Below are positions 45,704 through 55,301 of a stretch of 64,000 bases of DNA, in pieces. The notes beneath the pieces are model-generated. The model did no database searches, was not told the DNA's origin, and saw nothing but the letters and a program-made list of their open reading frames with translations. How positions within the stretch are numbered: the first letter of the stretch is position 1; the number at the start of each line of letters is the position of its first letter. Source of the stretch: Lentisphaerota bacterium (GTDB lineage: Bacteria > Verrucomicrobiota > Kiritimatiellia > PWTM01). The DNA is taken from NCBI GenBank assembly GCA_016873715.1, contig VGWF01000001.1:64394-128393 (forward strand), in the 5' to 3' direction. Made by a program: the position numbers and the translations under genes.

Positions 45704-46873
45704 TCATCCCTTCTTCGCGATGGCGCGCATGAACTCCTGGAAGAGATAGGTCGAGTCGTGGGGGCCGGGGGCCGCCTCGGGGTGGTACTGGACGGAGAAC
45801 ACGGGCAGCTTCCGGTGCGCCATGCCCTCGGAGGTCTGGTCGTTCAGGTTGATGTGCGTGGTCTCGACGAGGTCGGGGTCGAGCGACTGGATGTCCACCG
45901 CGAACCCGTGGTTCTGCGAGGTGATTTCGACCTGCCCGGTGCGCCGGTTCAGCACGGGCTGGTTCGCGCCGCGATGGCCGAACTTGAGCTTGTAGGTGCG
46001 GCCGCCGAACGCGAGGCCGAGGAGCTGGTGGCCGAAGCAGATGCCGAAGGTGGGCGTGCCGGTCTCGATCAGCGTGCGGATCGCCGCGACGGTCTGCGGG
46101 ACGCCCTCGGGATCCCCGGGGCCGTTGGAGATGAAGATCCCGTCCGGCTTCCACTCGAGGATCTCGGCGGCGGCGGAGCGATTCGGGAACACCTCGAGAT
46201 CGCAGCCGAGCCGCGCGAGGAGGCGGAGCTGGTTGAGCTTGATGCCGCAATCGAGCACGGCGACGCGGAAACGCCGGGGCGCGGGCTCGGTGCCGAGAAG
46301 GCCGTCCCACGCCTCGCGGTCCGGCGCGATCGTGGAGAACCCCTCCAGGGCGGCGTGCGGACCGGGCCACGAGTAGCGGGCGGGGCAGGTGACCTCGGTG
46401 GCGAGGTCGAGGCCGACGAGGCCGGCCGAGGCGCGGGCCTTGGCGACGAGGCTCGCCGGATCGGGGTCGGTCGTCGACAGCACGCACTTCATCGCGCCGC
46501 GCGACCGGATGTGCAGGGTGACGGCCCGCGTGTCGATGCGGTCGACCCCGATCAGGCCCTTCGACTCGAGGAAGGCCGGAAGCGGCATGGCCGAGCGCCA
46601 GTTGCTGGCGACGCGGCTGCATTCGCCGACGACGAGGGCCGCGGCGTGGGGCCGCCAGGACTCCATATCCTCGGCGCTGATCCCGTAGTTGCCGATCAGC
46701 GGGTAGGTCAGCGTGACGATCTGGCCGTGATAGGAGGGATCGGTGAGGATCTCCTGGTAGCCGGTCATCGACGTGTTGAACACGAGTTCGCCGTACACCT
46801 CGCCCGAGCCGGCGAACGCTTCGCCCTCGAACCAGGTGCCGTCTTCCAGTGCGATCCAGGCCTTCGGTTTCAT
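45704..46873 (-). CDS. carA: Carbamoyl-phosphate synthase small (glutamine amidotransferase) subunit
   Basis: N-terminal LALEDGTWFEGEAFAGSGEVYGELVFNTSMTGYQEILTDPSY and GATase motif GICFGHQLL. Confidence 0.9.
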   Translation of the reverse strand: MKPKAWIALEDGTWFEGEAFAGSGEVYGELVFNTSMTGYQEILTDPSYHGQIVTLTYPLIGNYGISAEDMESWRPHAAALVVGECSRVASNWRSAMPLPAFLESKGLIGVDRIDTRAVTLHIRSRGAMKCVLSTTDPDPASLVAKARASAGLVGLDLATEVTCPARYSWPGPHAALEGFSTIAPDREAWDGLLGTEPAPRRFRVAVLDCGIKLNQLRLLARLGCDLEVFPNRSAAAEILEWKPDGIFISNGPGDPEGVPQTVAAIRTLIETGTPTFGICFGHQLLGLAFGGRTYKLKFGHRGANQPVLNRRTGQVEITSQNHGFAVDIQSLDPDLVETTHINLNDQTSEGMAHRKLPVFSVQYHPEAAPGPHDSTYLFQEFMRAIAKKG

Positions 46874-47018
46874 GTGATGGTGCCGCGCCGTCCGGAACCC
46901 GCGGGGCAGGCGAGGCATATGCCCGAAAGCGGCCGGGAACACAAGCGAAAAGGGCCGCGACGCAACCGGCCGTGTTCGACTGGAGTTTTTCCCGGACGGA
47001 CCGTAGACTTGCGCCGCC

Positions 47019-47864
47019 ATGGTGAATCATCCGGTCAAGATCGGCTCCGTGACGTTGGGCGGCGGGCATCCGCTGGCGCTCATCGCGGGCCCCTGCGTCA
47101 TCGAGAGCCCGGCGGGCTGCCTGGACCTGGCGGCGCGTCTCGTGCGGTTTGCGCGCTCGGGGAAGGTGCCGCTGATCTTCAAGGCGTCCTACGACAAGGC
47201 GAACCGGACGTCGATCGAGTCCTTCCGCGGCCCCGGGCTCGAGGCGGGGCTCGAGGTCCTGGCGGAGGTGAAGCGGCGGCACCGGGTGCCGGTCCTGACG
47301 GACATCCACTCGGTGGCCGAGGTCGGGCCGGCGGCGGAGGTGGCGGACGTGCTGCAGATCCCGGCCTTCCTGTGCCGGCAGACGGACCTGCTCGTCGCCG
47401 CCGCGCGGACGGGGCGGGTGGTGAACGTGAAGAAGGGGCAGTTCCTCGCCCCGTGGGACATCCGTCACGTGGTCGACAAGATCGAGGCGGCGGGCTGCCG
47501 GCGGATCCTCCTCACCGAGCGCGGGGTCTCCTTCGGCTACAACAACCTGGTCGCGGACATGCGCAGCCTGCTGGTGATGCGCGAGACGGGTTACCCGGTG
47601 ATCTTCGACGCGACGCACAGCGTGCAGCGGCCCGGCGGCGAGGGGGACCGCTCCGGCGGGGACGGGCGCTGGGCGCCGGCCCTCGCCCGCGCGGCGGTGG
47701 CGACGGGATGCGACGGCGTGTTCATGGAGACGCACCTCAACCCCGCGAAGGCGATGTCCGACCGGGACAACGCGATCGCGCTGGCCTACCTCCCGGGGCT
47801 CTGGACGCAGCTGACGGCGATCGACCGCGTCGCGGACCGGCCGGTCCGGAGGGCGCGGGCATGA
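47019..47864 (+). CDS. kdsA: 3-deoxy-8-phosphooctulonate synthase
   Basis: LIAGPCVIES ... LIFKASYDKANRTS ... GVFMETH motifs. Confidence 0.9.
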   Translation: MVNHPVKIGSVTLGGGHPLALIAGPCVIESPAGCLDLAARLVRFARSGKVPLIFKASYDKANRTSIESFRGPGLEAGLEVLAEVKRRHRVPVLTDIHSVAEVGPAAEVADVLQIPAFLCRQTDLLVAAARTGRVVNVKKGQFLAPWDIRHVVDKIEAAGCRRILLTERGVSFGYNNLVADMRSLLVMRETGYPVIFDATHSVQRPGGEGDRSGGDGRWAPALARAAVATGCDGVFMETHLNPAKAMSDRDNAIALAYLPGLWTQLTAIDRVADRPVRRARA

Positions 47865-48403
47865 CCGGGTGCGGCCGGCACCTGGCGGGGCTGGGCCTCG
47901 GTCTGGCGGCGGCGTGCGCGTGGGCGCAACTGGAGCCGGCGCCGGAGGCCCCGGGCCTCGGCGCGGGACCGCAGTCGGGGCTCCGGCCGGGGATGGAGGT
48001 CGGCGGGTTCCGCCTGCCGGACTACGCGGAGGACGGCACGCTGCAGACGCAGCTCTTCGGGGAGCACGCGCTGGCGCTGTCCAACGGCCTGATCGAGATC
48101 CGCGGCCTGCGCATCGAGATGTACAAGGACGGCCAGGTCGAGACGCGGGTGACGTCGCCGCACTGCCTCTACGACCGCGAGCGGCAGTCGGCCGGGTCGA
48201 CGTCGTCGGTCCGGATCACGCGCGGCGACGTCGTGATCACCGGGGACGACTACCTGTACTCGCCCCGGCGGCAGCGGTTCGAGATCCACACCAACGCCCG
48301 CGTCGTGCTTCGCGACGTGCGCGGCCTGTCGGGCCGGAAGGGCCCGCCGGCGGCCGCGGTCCCGACGAACGCGGCGCCGGCGGAGACGGGAGTTCAACCA
48401 TGA
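47861..48403 (+). CDS. lptC: LptC-like periplasmic LPS-export protein
   Basis: N-terminal signal/anchor, ~180 aa. Position between kdsA and lptA, ATGA-coupled on both sides. Assignment is positional. Confidence 0.5.
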   Translation: MTGCGRHLAGLGLGLAAACAWAQLEPAPEAPGLGAGPQSGLRPGMEVGGFRLPDYAEDGTLQTQLFGEHALALSNGLIEIRGLRIEMYKDGQVETRVTSPHCLYDRERQSAGSTSSVRITRGDVVITGDDYLYSPRRQRFEIHTNARVVLRDVRGLSGRKGPPAAAVPTNAAPAETGVQP

Positions 48404-49074
48404 CGACGGGCGGATGGACGGTGGTGGCGGTGTTCGGCGCGGCGCTGGCGGCGGGGGCCCAGTCGGCGGCCCCGGTGCCGCCCGCGGCGGCCCGCTCGGT
48501 GGCGGCCACGATCACGCAGGCGGCGCCGCGGGCGGCCGGGGCGGTGCGAGCGGCGGAGAGGGCCCTGCCGCAGGCCGCGGCGGCCGCGCAGGCCGTCGCC
48601 GCGCAGGTGGCGGCCACCCTGCCGGCGAGGCCGGAGGGTACGACGGACGACGTCCCGGGGTTCGGCGACCTGACCGTCATCACCGCCGACCGCATGGTCT
48701 ACGAGGGCCAGCGGCAGTTCATCGAGATGCAGGGGCGGGTCGTCGTCAGCGACCCGGGCATGAAGATGAAGGCCGACGTCCTCCGGATCGACCTCGAGGG
48801 GACGAACGAGGTCCGGATGGTGAAGGCCGCGGGCCACGTCGTGATCTCGCAGGACGACAAGACCGCCTGGGCGGGCCGCGCGACCTACGACGTCCGCGCC
48901 GGATCGTACGTGCTCGAGGACTCCCCGCGCGTGATGCGCGGGCGCGACATGATGATGGGGTCGACGATCACGTTCTGGCGCGGCGAGGAACGGATCGAGT
49001 GCGACAAGGACGCCCGGCTGATCATCCAGCCCGGCTCGACCGGCGGGAAGAGCGTGTTCGGGGGGGGGCGCTGA
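48400..49074 (+). CDS. lptA: LptA/OstA-like periplasmic LPS transport protein
   Basis: Signal peptide. ITADRMVY ... VLRIDLEGTNEVRMVKAAGHVVI ... AWAGRATYDV OstA-like beta-jellyroll pattern. Directly upstream of lptB. Confidence 0.7.
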   Translation: MTTGGWTVVAVFGAALAAGAQSAAPVPPAAARSVAATITQAAPRAAGAVRAAERALPQAAAAAQAVAAQVAATLPARPEGTTDDVPGFGDLTVITADRMVYEGQRQFIEMQGRVVVSDPGMKMKADVLRIDLEGTNEVRMVKAAGHVVISQDDKTAWAGRATYDVRAGSYVLEDSPRVMRGRDMMMGSTITFWRGEERIECDKDARLIIQPGSTGGKSVFGGGR

Positions 49075-49812
49075 GTGGACTCCCGCGACATCCCGCTCGT
49101 GCAGACGCAGGGGCTCGTCAAGGAGTACCGGCGCCGGCGCGTCGTCGACGGCGTCGACATCCGGGTGCGTCCCGGCGAGATCGTCGGCCTGCTCGGGCCC
49201 AACGGAGCCGGGAAGACGACCAGCTTCTACATGATCATCGGGCTGGTCGCGCCGACGGCCGGCCGGGTGTACTTTGAGGGGCAGGACGTCACGCGGATGC
49301 CGATGTTCCGGCGGGCGCGGATGGGCATGGGCTACCTCGCGCAGGAGCCGTCGGTCTTCCGGCAGCTGACGGTGGCGGAGAACGTGATGGCCATCCTGGA
49401 GACGCTGCCGATCCCGGCCCGCGAGCGGACGCTGCGGCTGCAGCACCTGCTCGGCGAGCTCAAGATCGGGCACCTCGCGAACCAGAAGGCCTACACGCTC
49501 AGCGGCGGCGAGCGCCGGCGGCTCGAGATCACGCGGGCGCTGGTGACGAATCCGTCGCTGATCATGCTCGACGAACCGTTCAGCGGGGTCGATCCGCTGG
49601 CGGTGTACGACGTGCAGCAGATCGTCATCGATCTGAAGGGGCGGGGGCTCGGGATCCTGATCACGGACCACAACGTCCGCGAGACCCTCGCGGTGGTCGA
49701 CCGCGCCTATCTCATCTGCGAAGGGAAGGTGCTGCGCGAAGGAACCAGCGGGTTTCTCATCAACGACCCGGTCAGCCGGGAGCTGTATCTCGGGCCTCGA
49801 TTCAGCATGTAG
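49075..49812 (+). CDS. lptB: LPS export ABC transporter ATP-binding protein
   Basis: GTG start. Walker A GPNGAGKTTSFYMI, signature LSGGERRRLEI, Walker B LIMLDEPFSGVDP. Confidence 0.9.
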   Translation: MDSRDIPLVQTQGLVKEYRRRRVVDGVDIRVRPGEIVGLLGPNGAGKTTSFYMIIGLVAPTAGRVYFEGQDVTRMPMFRRARMGMGYLAQEPSVFRQLTVAENVMAILETLPIPARERTLRLQHLLGELKIGHLANQKAYTLSGGERRRLEITRALVTNPSLIMLDEPFSGVDPLAVYDVQQIVIDLKGRGLGILITDHNVRETLAVVDRAYLICEGKVLREGTSGFLINDPVSRELYLGPRFSM

Positions 49813-49839
49813 GACACGAACCAACCAGGAGACACCGTC

Positions 49840-50199
49840 ATGATCGTGAACGTCACGGGCCGTCATGTGGAGATCAACGATTCGCTCCGGGAGCACGTCG
49901 AGGCCCGCCTCCAGGCGGAGTTCGCCGGGTTTCCGAGGATCGAGAGCGTCCACGTGATCCTGATGGTCGAGAAGCACCGCCACGTCGCGGAGATCGTCGC
50001 GCAGGTGCCCCACCACGGAACGGTCGAGGCGAAGCACGAGTCGAACGACATGTACGCCTCGATCGATGCGGCGATCGAGAAGACGGCCGTCCAGCTCCGC
50101 AAGTGGGCCGAGAAGCGCCACGAGCACAAGGCGGAGAAGCTCGGGCGGATCGACAAGGCGGTCCACGCGAAGGACGGGCGCGAGCCCGCGGCCGGATGA
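49840..50199 (+). CDS. hpf: Ribosome hibernation promoting factor (HPF/RaiA family)
   Basis: MIVNVTGRHVEINDSLREHVEARL ... typical of sigma-54 modulation protein/HPF. Located directly after lptB. Confidence 0.8.
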   Translation: MIVNVTGRHVEINDSLREHVEARLQAEFAGFPRIESVHVILMVEKHRHVAEIVAQVPHHGTVEAKHESNDMYASIDAAIEKTAVQLRKWAEKRHEHKAEKLGRIDKAVHAKDGREPAAG

Positions 50200-51143
50200 C
50201 GCTGACCGTCCGCCGCTTCCTGGATGCGGGGCGCGCCGCGCTCGACCTCGGCCTCCTGCAGGGCGAGGCGCACCTCGACCGCGCGGTGCGCGAGCCGGCC
50301 CTGAACCGGCCCGGCCTCGCGCTCGCCGGCTTCCTGCGCTACTTCGCGCACCGGCGCATCCAGGTCATCGGGCTCGCGGAGCTCACCTACCTCAAGGGCC
50401 TCGCCGTCGACGAGCGCGCCGCCCGGCTGAAGGCGTTCTTCGAATCCGGGATCCCGTGCATCGTGCTTTCGCGCGGCATCCGGCCGCTGCCGGAGATGCC
50501 GGCGCTGGCGGAGTCGTACGGCGTGCCGCTCCTCCGCACGCACCAGATCACCGGCCGCTTCGTCCAGATGGCCGCGGTGCTGATCGAGGAGCTGATCGCG
50601 CCGCGGACGCGCTACCAGGGGACGATGATCGACATCAACGGCATCGGGACGATGATCGAGGGGCCGCCGGGCGTGGGGAAGAGCGAGACGGCGCTCAGCC
50701 TGATCGTCCGCGGCTACAGCCTCGTCGCGGACGACCTGGCCGAGCTGCGGCGCGTCAGCTCGGGCGAGATCCTCGGCACCGCCCTCGACGCGACCCGGTT
50801 CCACATGGAGATCCGGGGTCTCGGGATCATCCACGTTCCGAGCCTCTACGGCGTCACCTCCGTCCGGCGCGAGAAGCGACTCGATATGATCGTCCGGCTC
50901 GAACGCGCCATGAGCGCGGCCGACGAGGAACGGACCGGGCTCGACGCGCAGACGAAGGACGTCCTCGGCGTCGCCGTGCCGTTCTTCCGCATCGCCGTCG
51001 TGGCCGGGCGCGACATCAGCAACGTCGTCGAGGCCGCCACGCTCAACTTCCGGTTGCGCCAGCTCGGCCACGACGCGGCGAAGGAACTCGACCAGCGGCT
51101 CATGCAGCAGCTCATCGCGGAAAGGCCCAGAACCAGTGACTGA
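50196..51143 (+). CDS. hprK: HPr kinase/phosphorylase
   Basis: Walker A GPPGVGKSETALSLI and central GIGTMIEG. Full-length (two-domain) form. ATGA overlap with hpf. Confidence 0.9.
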   Translation: MTLTVRRFLDAGRAALDLGLLQGEAHLDRAVREPALNRPGLALAGFLRYFAHRRIQVIGLAELTYLKGLAVDERAARLKAFFESGIPCIVLSRGIRPLPEMPALAESYGVPLLRTHQITGRFVQMAAVLIEELIAPRTRYQGTMIDINGIGTMIEGPPGVGKSETALSLIVRGYSLVADDLAELRRVSSGEILGTALDATRFHMEIRGLGIIHVPSLYGVTSVRREKRLDMIVRLERAMSAADEERTGLDAQTKDVLGVAVPFFRIAVVAGRDISNVVEAATLNFRLRQLGHDAAKELDQRLMQQLIAERPRTSD

Positions 51144-51432
51144 AGCCAGCCCAGGGGCGGACGGCACGGCCGTCCGGGACGTCAAGGTCCTCAACCAGTA
51201 CGGGATCCACGCCCGGCCTGCGGCGTTGCTGGTGAAGACCGCGTCGGCGTTCCGGGCGGACGTGATGCTCGAGAAGGACGGCGTCGAGGTCTCGGCGAAG
51301 AGCATCATGGGCCTGCTGACGATGGAGGGCCACCAGGGTGCGAAGATCCGCATCTCGGCGCGCGGCGACGACGCGGCCGCCGCGGTGGCCGCGCTGGCCG
51401 AACTGTTCGAAAAGAAGTTCTTCGAGGACTGA
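51136..51432 (+). CDS. ptsH: Phosphocarrier protein HPr
   Basis: GIHARPAALLV (His15 region) and SAKSIMGLLTM (Ser46 region). Confidence 0.85.
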   Translation: MTEASPGADGTAVRDVKVLNQYGIHARPAALLVKTASAFRADVMLEKDGVEVSAKSIMGLLTMEGHQGAKIRISARGDDAAAAVAALAELFEKKFFED

Positions 51433-51438
51433 CAGGCG

Positions 51439-53208
51439 ATGGGCGACGCACACAGGGAGATCGTGCTTCAGGGGACCGGCGTCTCGCCGGGCGTCGTGAT
51501 CGGCCCGGCCTTCCTCATAACGCGGACCGACGTCCGCTTCGTCGAGCGCGCCATCGAGGCCGACGAGGCGCCCCGGGAGATCGCGCGTTTCGAGGAGGCC
51601 CTGATCGCCACGCGCGGGCAGCTCCACGACATCCAGACCCGGATGGAGAAGGCCCTCGACCGCCGGAACGCGAGCATCTTCGACGCGCACCTGTTGGTGG
51701 TCGACGACCGCTCCTTCGTCGAGGAGGTCGTCCGCGGCGTCCGCGCGCGCAAGGTCAACGTCGAGGTCGTGCTGCAGGAGGTCGCGGCGCGGTACGCCGA
51801 GGCGCTCGCCCAGATGGGGGACGAGTACCTGCGCGAGCGCGCCGCCGACATCAAGGATGTCGTCCGCCGCATCCTGCACAACCTGGCCGGCCAGAGCCTG
51901 AACGAGGTCGGCGGCCTGTCCGAACCCTGCATCGTCGTCGCCGCGGACCTCTCGCCGTCGGATACCGCGACCCTCCGCCGCGACCGCGTCATCGGCTTCG
52001 CCACCGACCAGGGAAGCCCCACCTCGCACACCGCGATCATGGCGCGCGCCCTCGAGATACCCGCCGTCGTCGGGCTGCACAACGCGGGCGTGCGGATCTC
52101 GTCCGGCGACCGCGTGCTCGTCGACGGGACCACCGGCCGGGTCGTCGTCCATCCGTCGCAGGAGACCCTGGACCGCTACGGCAGCATCGCCCGCGCCCGC
52201 GAGACGATCCGGTCGAGGCTGGAGACCCTGCGCGACGAGCCTGCGCGCACCCGCGACGGCTACGAGGTCGACCTCGCCGCCAACATCGAACTGCCGCAGG
52301 ACGTCGACGCCGTGCTCCGGCACGGGGCCCGGGGCATCGGGCTCTTCCGCAGCGAGTTCCTCTTCCTCTCCCGTTCGCACCTGCCGGACGAGATGGAGCA
52401 GGCGAAGGCCTACGGGGAGGTCGCGGGCCGCATCGCGCCGGAGCCGGTCGTGATCCGAACCCTCGATCTCGGCGGCGACAAGTTCGCCTCGTCCCTGCAG
52501 ATGCCGCAGGAGATGAACCCCTACATGGGCTGGCGCGCGATCCGGTTCTGTCTCGCCCAGCCGGACGTCTTCCTCACGCAGCTCCGCGCGATCCTGCGGG
52601 CCAGCGTCCACCGCAACGTGCGGATCATGTACCCGATGATCAGCAACGTGGACGAGGTCGCCCGGGCCGGCCGCCTGCTGGAGCAAGCGAAGGAGGAGCT
52701 CGGGCGGGAGGGCGTCCCCTTCGATCCCGACGTCGAGGTCGGCGTGATGATCGAGGTGCCCTCCGCCGCGCTGGTCGCCCGCGATCTTGCCCGCCGCGTG
52801 AAGTTCTTCAGCATCGGCACCAACGACCTGATCCAGTACACGCTCGCCGTCGACCGCGTCAACGAGCAGGTCACCTACCTCTACGAACCGACCCACCCGG
52901 CGATCCTCCGGCTCATCCGGCAGACGATCGAGGCCGCGCGCTCGGCGGGCATCTGGACGGGGGTCTGCGGCGAGATGGGCGGCAACCCGCTGCTCGCCCC
53001 GTTGCTGGTCGGGCTGGGGGTCGACGAACTGAGCGTGAGCCCGAACATGGCCCCGCTGGTCAAGGACGTCATCCGCGCCGTGACCTTCTCCGAGTGCGAG
53101 CGGCTCGCCGCCGAGGCGCTCCAGTGCGAGGCCGGGGGGGACGTCCTGGCGCTCTGTCGGAAATTGACAGAAGCCCGCGCGCCGGAGATAGTGACCCTTC
53201 TGGGCTGA
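51439..53208 (+). CDS. ptsI: Phosphoenolpyruvate-protein phosphotransferase (Enzyme I)
   Basis: GSPTSHTAIMARALEIPAVVG (His189 region) and GIGLFRSEFLF ... FSIGTNDLIQYTLAVDR. Confidence 0.9.
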   Translation: MGDAHREIVLQGTGVSPGVVIGPAFLITRTDVRFVERAIEADEAPREIARFEEALIATRGQLHDIQTRMEKALDRRNASIFDAHLLVVDDRSFVEEVVRGVRARKVNVEVVLQEVAARYAEALAQMGDEYLRERAADIKDVVRRILHNLAGQSLNEVGGLSEPCIVVAADLSPSDTATLRRDRVIGFATDQGSPTSHTAIMARALEIPAVVGLHNAGVRISSGDRVLVDGTTGRVVVHPSQETLDRYGSIARARETIRSRLETLRDEPARTRDGYEVDLAANIELPQDVDAVLRHGARGIGLFRSEFLFLSRSHLPDEMEQAKAYGEVAGRIAPEPVVIRTLDLGGDKFASSLQMPQEMNPYMGWRAIRFCLAQPDVFLTQLRAILRASVHRNVRIMYPMISNVDEVARAGRLLEQAKEELGREGVPFDPDVEVGVMIEVPSAALVARDLARRVKFFSIGTNDLIQYTLAVDRVNEQVTYLYEPTHPAILRLIRQTIEAARSAGIWTGVCGEMGGNPLLAPLLVGLGVDELSVSPNMAPLVKDVIRAVTFSECERLAAEALQCEAGGDVLALCRKLTEARAPEIVTLLG

Positions 53209-53267
53209 ACCCAGCCGCCCCCGGCCGGTGAACGGCGCGGGAAATCGAGACAGAGAGGAAAGAAACG

Positions 53268-54452
<1,185 letters not shown>

Positions 54453-54540
54453 TCCGCTGGGACGCGAGCCCGGCCCGCCGCCCGGCGGGCCGGGATGCCC
54501 CGGGACCGTGAGGCCCGGGGCGGGAGGGAAGGGGGCCCGC

Positions 54541-54918
54541 GTGGGACAGAAGCTCCTGTGGCTGGCCCTGGCCGGCGCCTGCGGCACCCTCGCCCGCTAC
54601 GGGCTGGGCGGATGGGTCCAGCGCGTGACCTCCCCGGGTTTCCCCTGGGGCACCCTCGCCGTCAACATCACGGGCTGTTTCCTGTTCGGTCTGACCTGGG
54701 CGCTGGCCCAGCAGAGACTCGCGATCGCCCCCGAGGTCCGCACCATCGTGCTCGTCGGCTTCCTGGGGGCCTTCACGACGTTCAGCTCCCTCGTGTTCGA
54801 GACCGAGCAACTGATGGCGCGATCGGAGTGGGTCCGCGCCGCGCTCAATGTGTTCGGAAGCCTGGCCGCCGGCCTCGCCGCCTACCTCGCCGGCGCGTGG
54901 CTCGTCCGGCCGGGCTGA
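54541..54918 (+). CDS. crcB: Fluoride ion channel CrcB/FluC
   Basis: Roughly 125-aa 4-TM protein with GTLARY ... GFLGAFTTFSS motif. GTG 54541 is preceded by the RBS gggagggaaggggg. The ORF track's upstream GTG at 54508 is less likely. Confidence 0.8.
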   Translation: MGQKLLWLALAGACGTLARYGLGGWVQRVTSPGFPWGTLAVNITGCFLFGLTWALAQQRLAIAPEVRTIVLVGFLGAFTTFSSLVFETEQLMARSEWVRAALNVFGSLAAGLAAYLAGAWLVRPG

Positions 54919-54932
54919 ACCGGAGGTGCGCC

Positions 54933-55292
54933 ATGATCCTTCCTCCCGAATCGGTGCTGCTGCGGATCTTCGTCGGCGAAAGCGACCGCCACGGAAACCG
55001 GCCCCTCCACGAGGTCATCGTGATGGAGGCGCGCCGTCGCGGGATGGCCGGCGCGACCGTGCTGCACGGGGTCATGGGCTTCGGCGCGAGCAGCCGGATC
55101 CACAGCGCCAAGATCCTGCGCTTGTCGGAGGATCTTCCGGTCGTCGTGGAGATCGTCGACAACCCCGAGCGGATCGAGGCCTTCCTGCCGGATCTCGATG
55201 CCATGGTGGGCGACGGCCTCGTGACCCTCGAGAAGGTCCGCGTCGTGACCTACCGCCACGCCGGTGCGAAGGGCTCCGCCGCGCCCGGCTGA
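54933..55292 (+). CDS. DUF190 (PII-like) protein commonly paired with crcB
   Basis: SVLLRIFVGESDRHGNRPLHEVIVMEARRRGMAGATVLHGVMGFGASSRIHS pattern of DUF190. RBS ggaggtg 5 nt upstream. Confidence 0.75.
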   Translation: MILPPESVLLRIFVGESDRHGNRPLHEVIVMEARRRGMAGATVLHGVMGFGASSRIHSAKILRLSEDLPVVVEIVDNPERIEAFLPDLDAMVGDGLVTLEKVRVVTYRHAGAKGSAAPG

Positions 55293-55301
55293 TCCGGCGC
55301 G

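Noticed and set aside
49813-49839. Expected rpoN (sigma-54) gene between lptB and hpf
   Set aside because: Only 27 bp separate lptB and hpf, and no sigma-54 motifs occur in any frame nearby. rpoN is absent from this locus.
54508-54540. Upstream GTG (54508) start for crcB as given in the ORF track
   Set aside because: The purine-rich Shine-Dalgarno gggagggaaggggg lies inside that extension. It is optimally spaced for GTG 54541, which also yields a typical ~125-aa CrcB.
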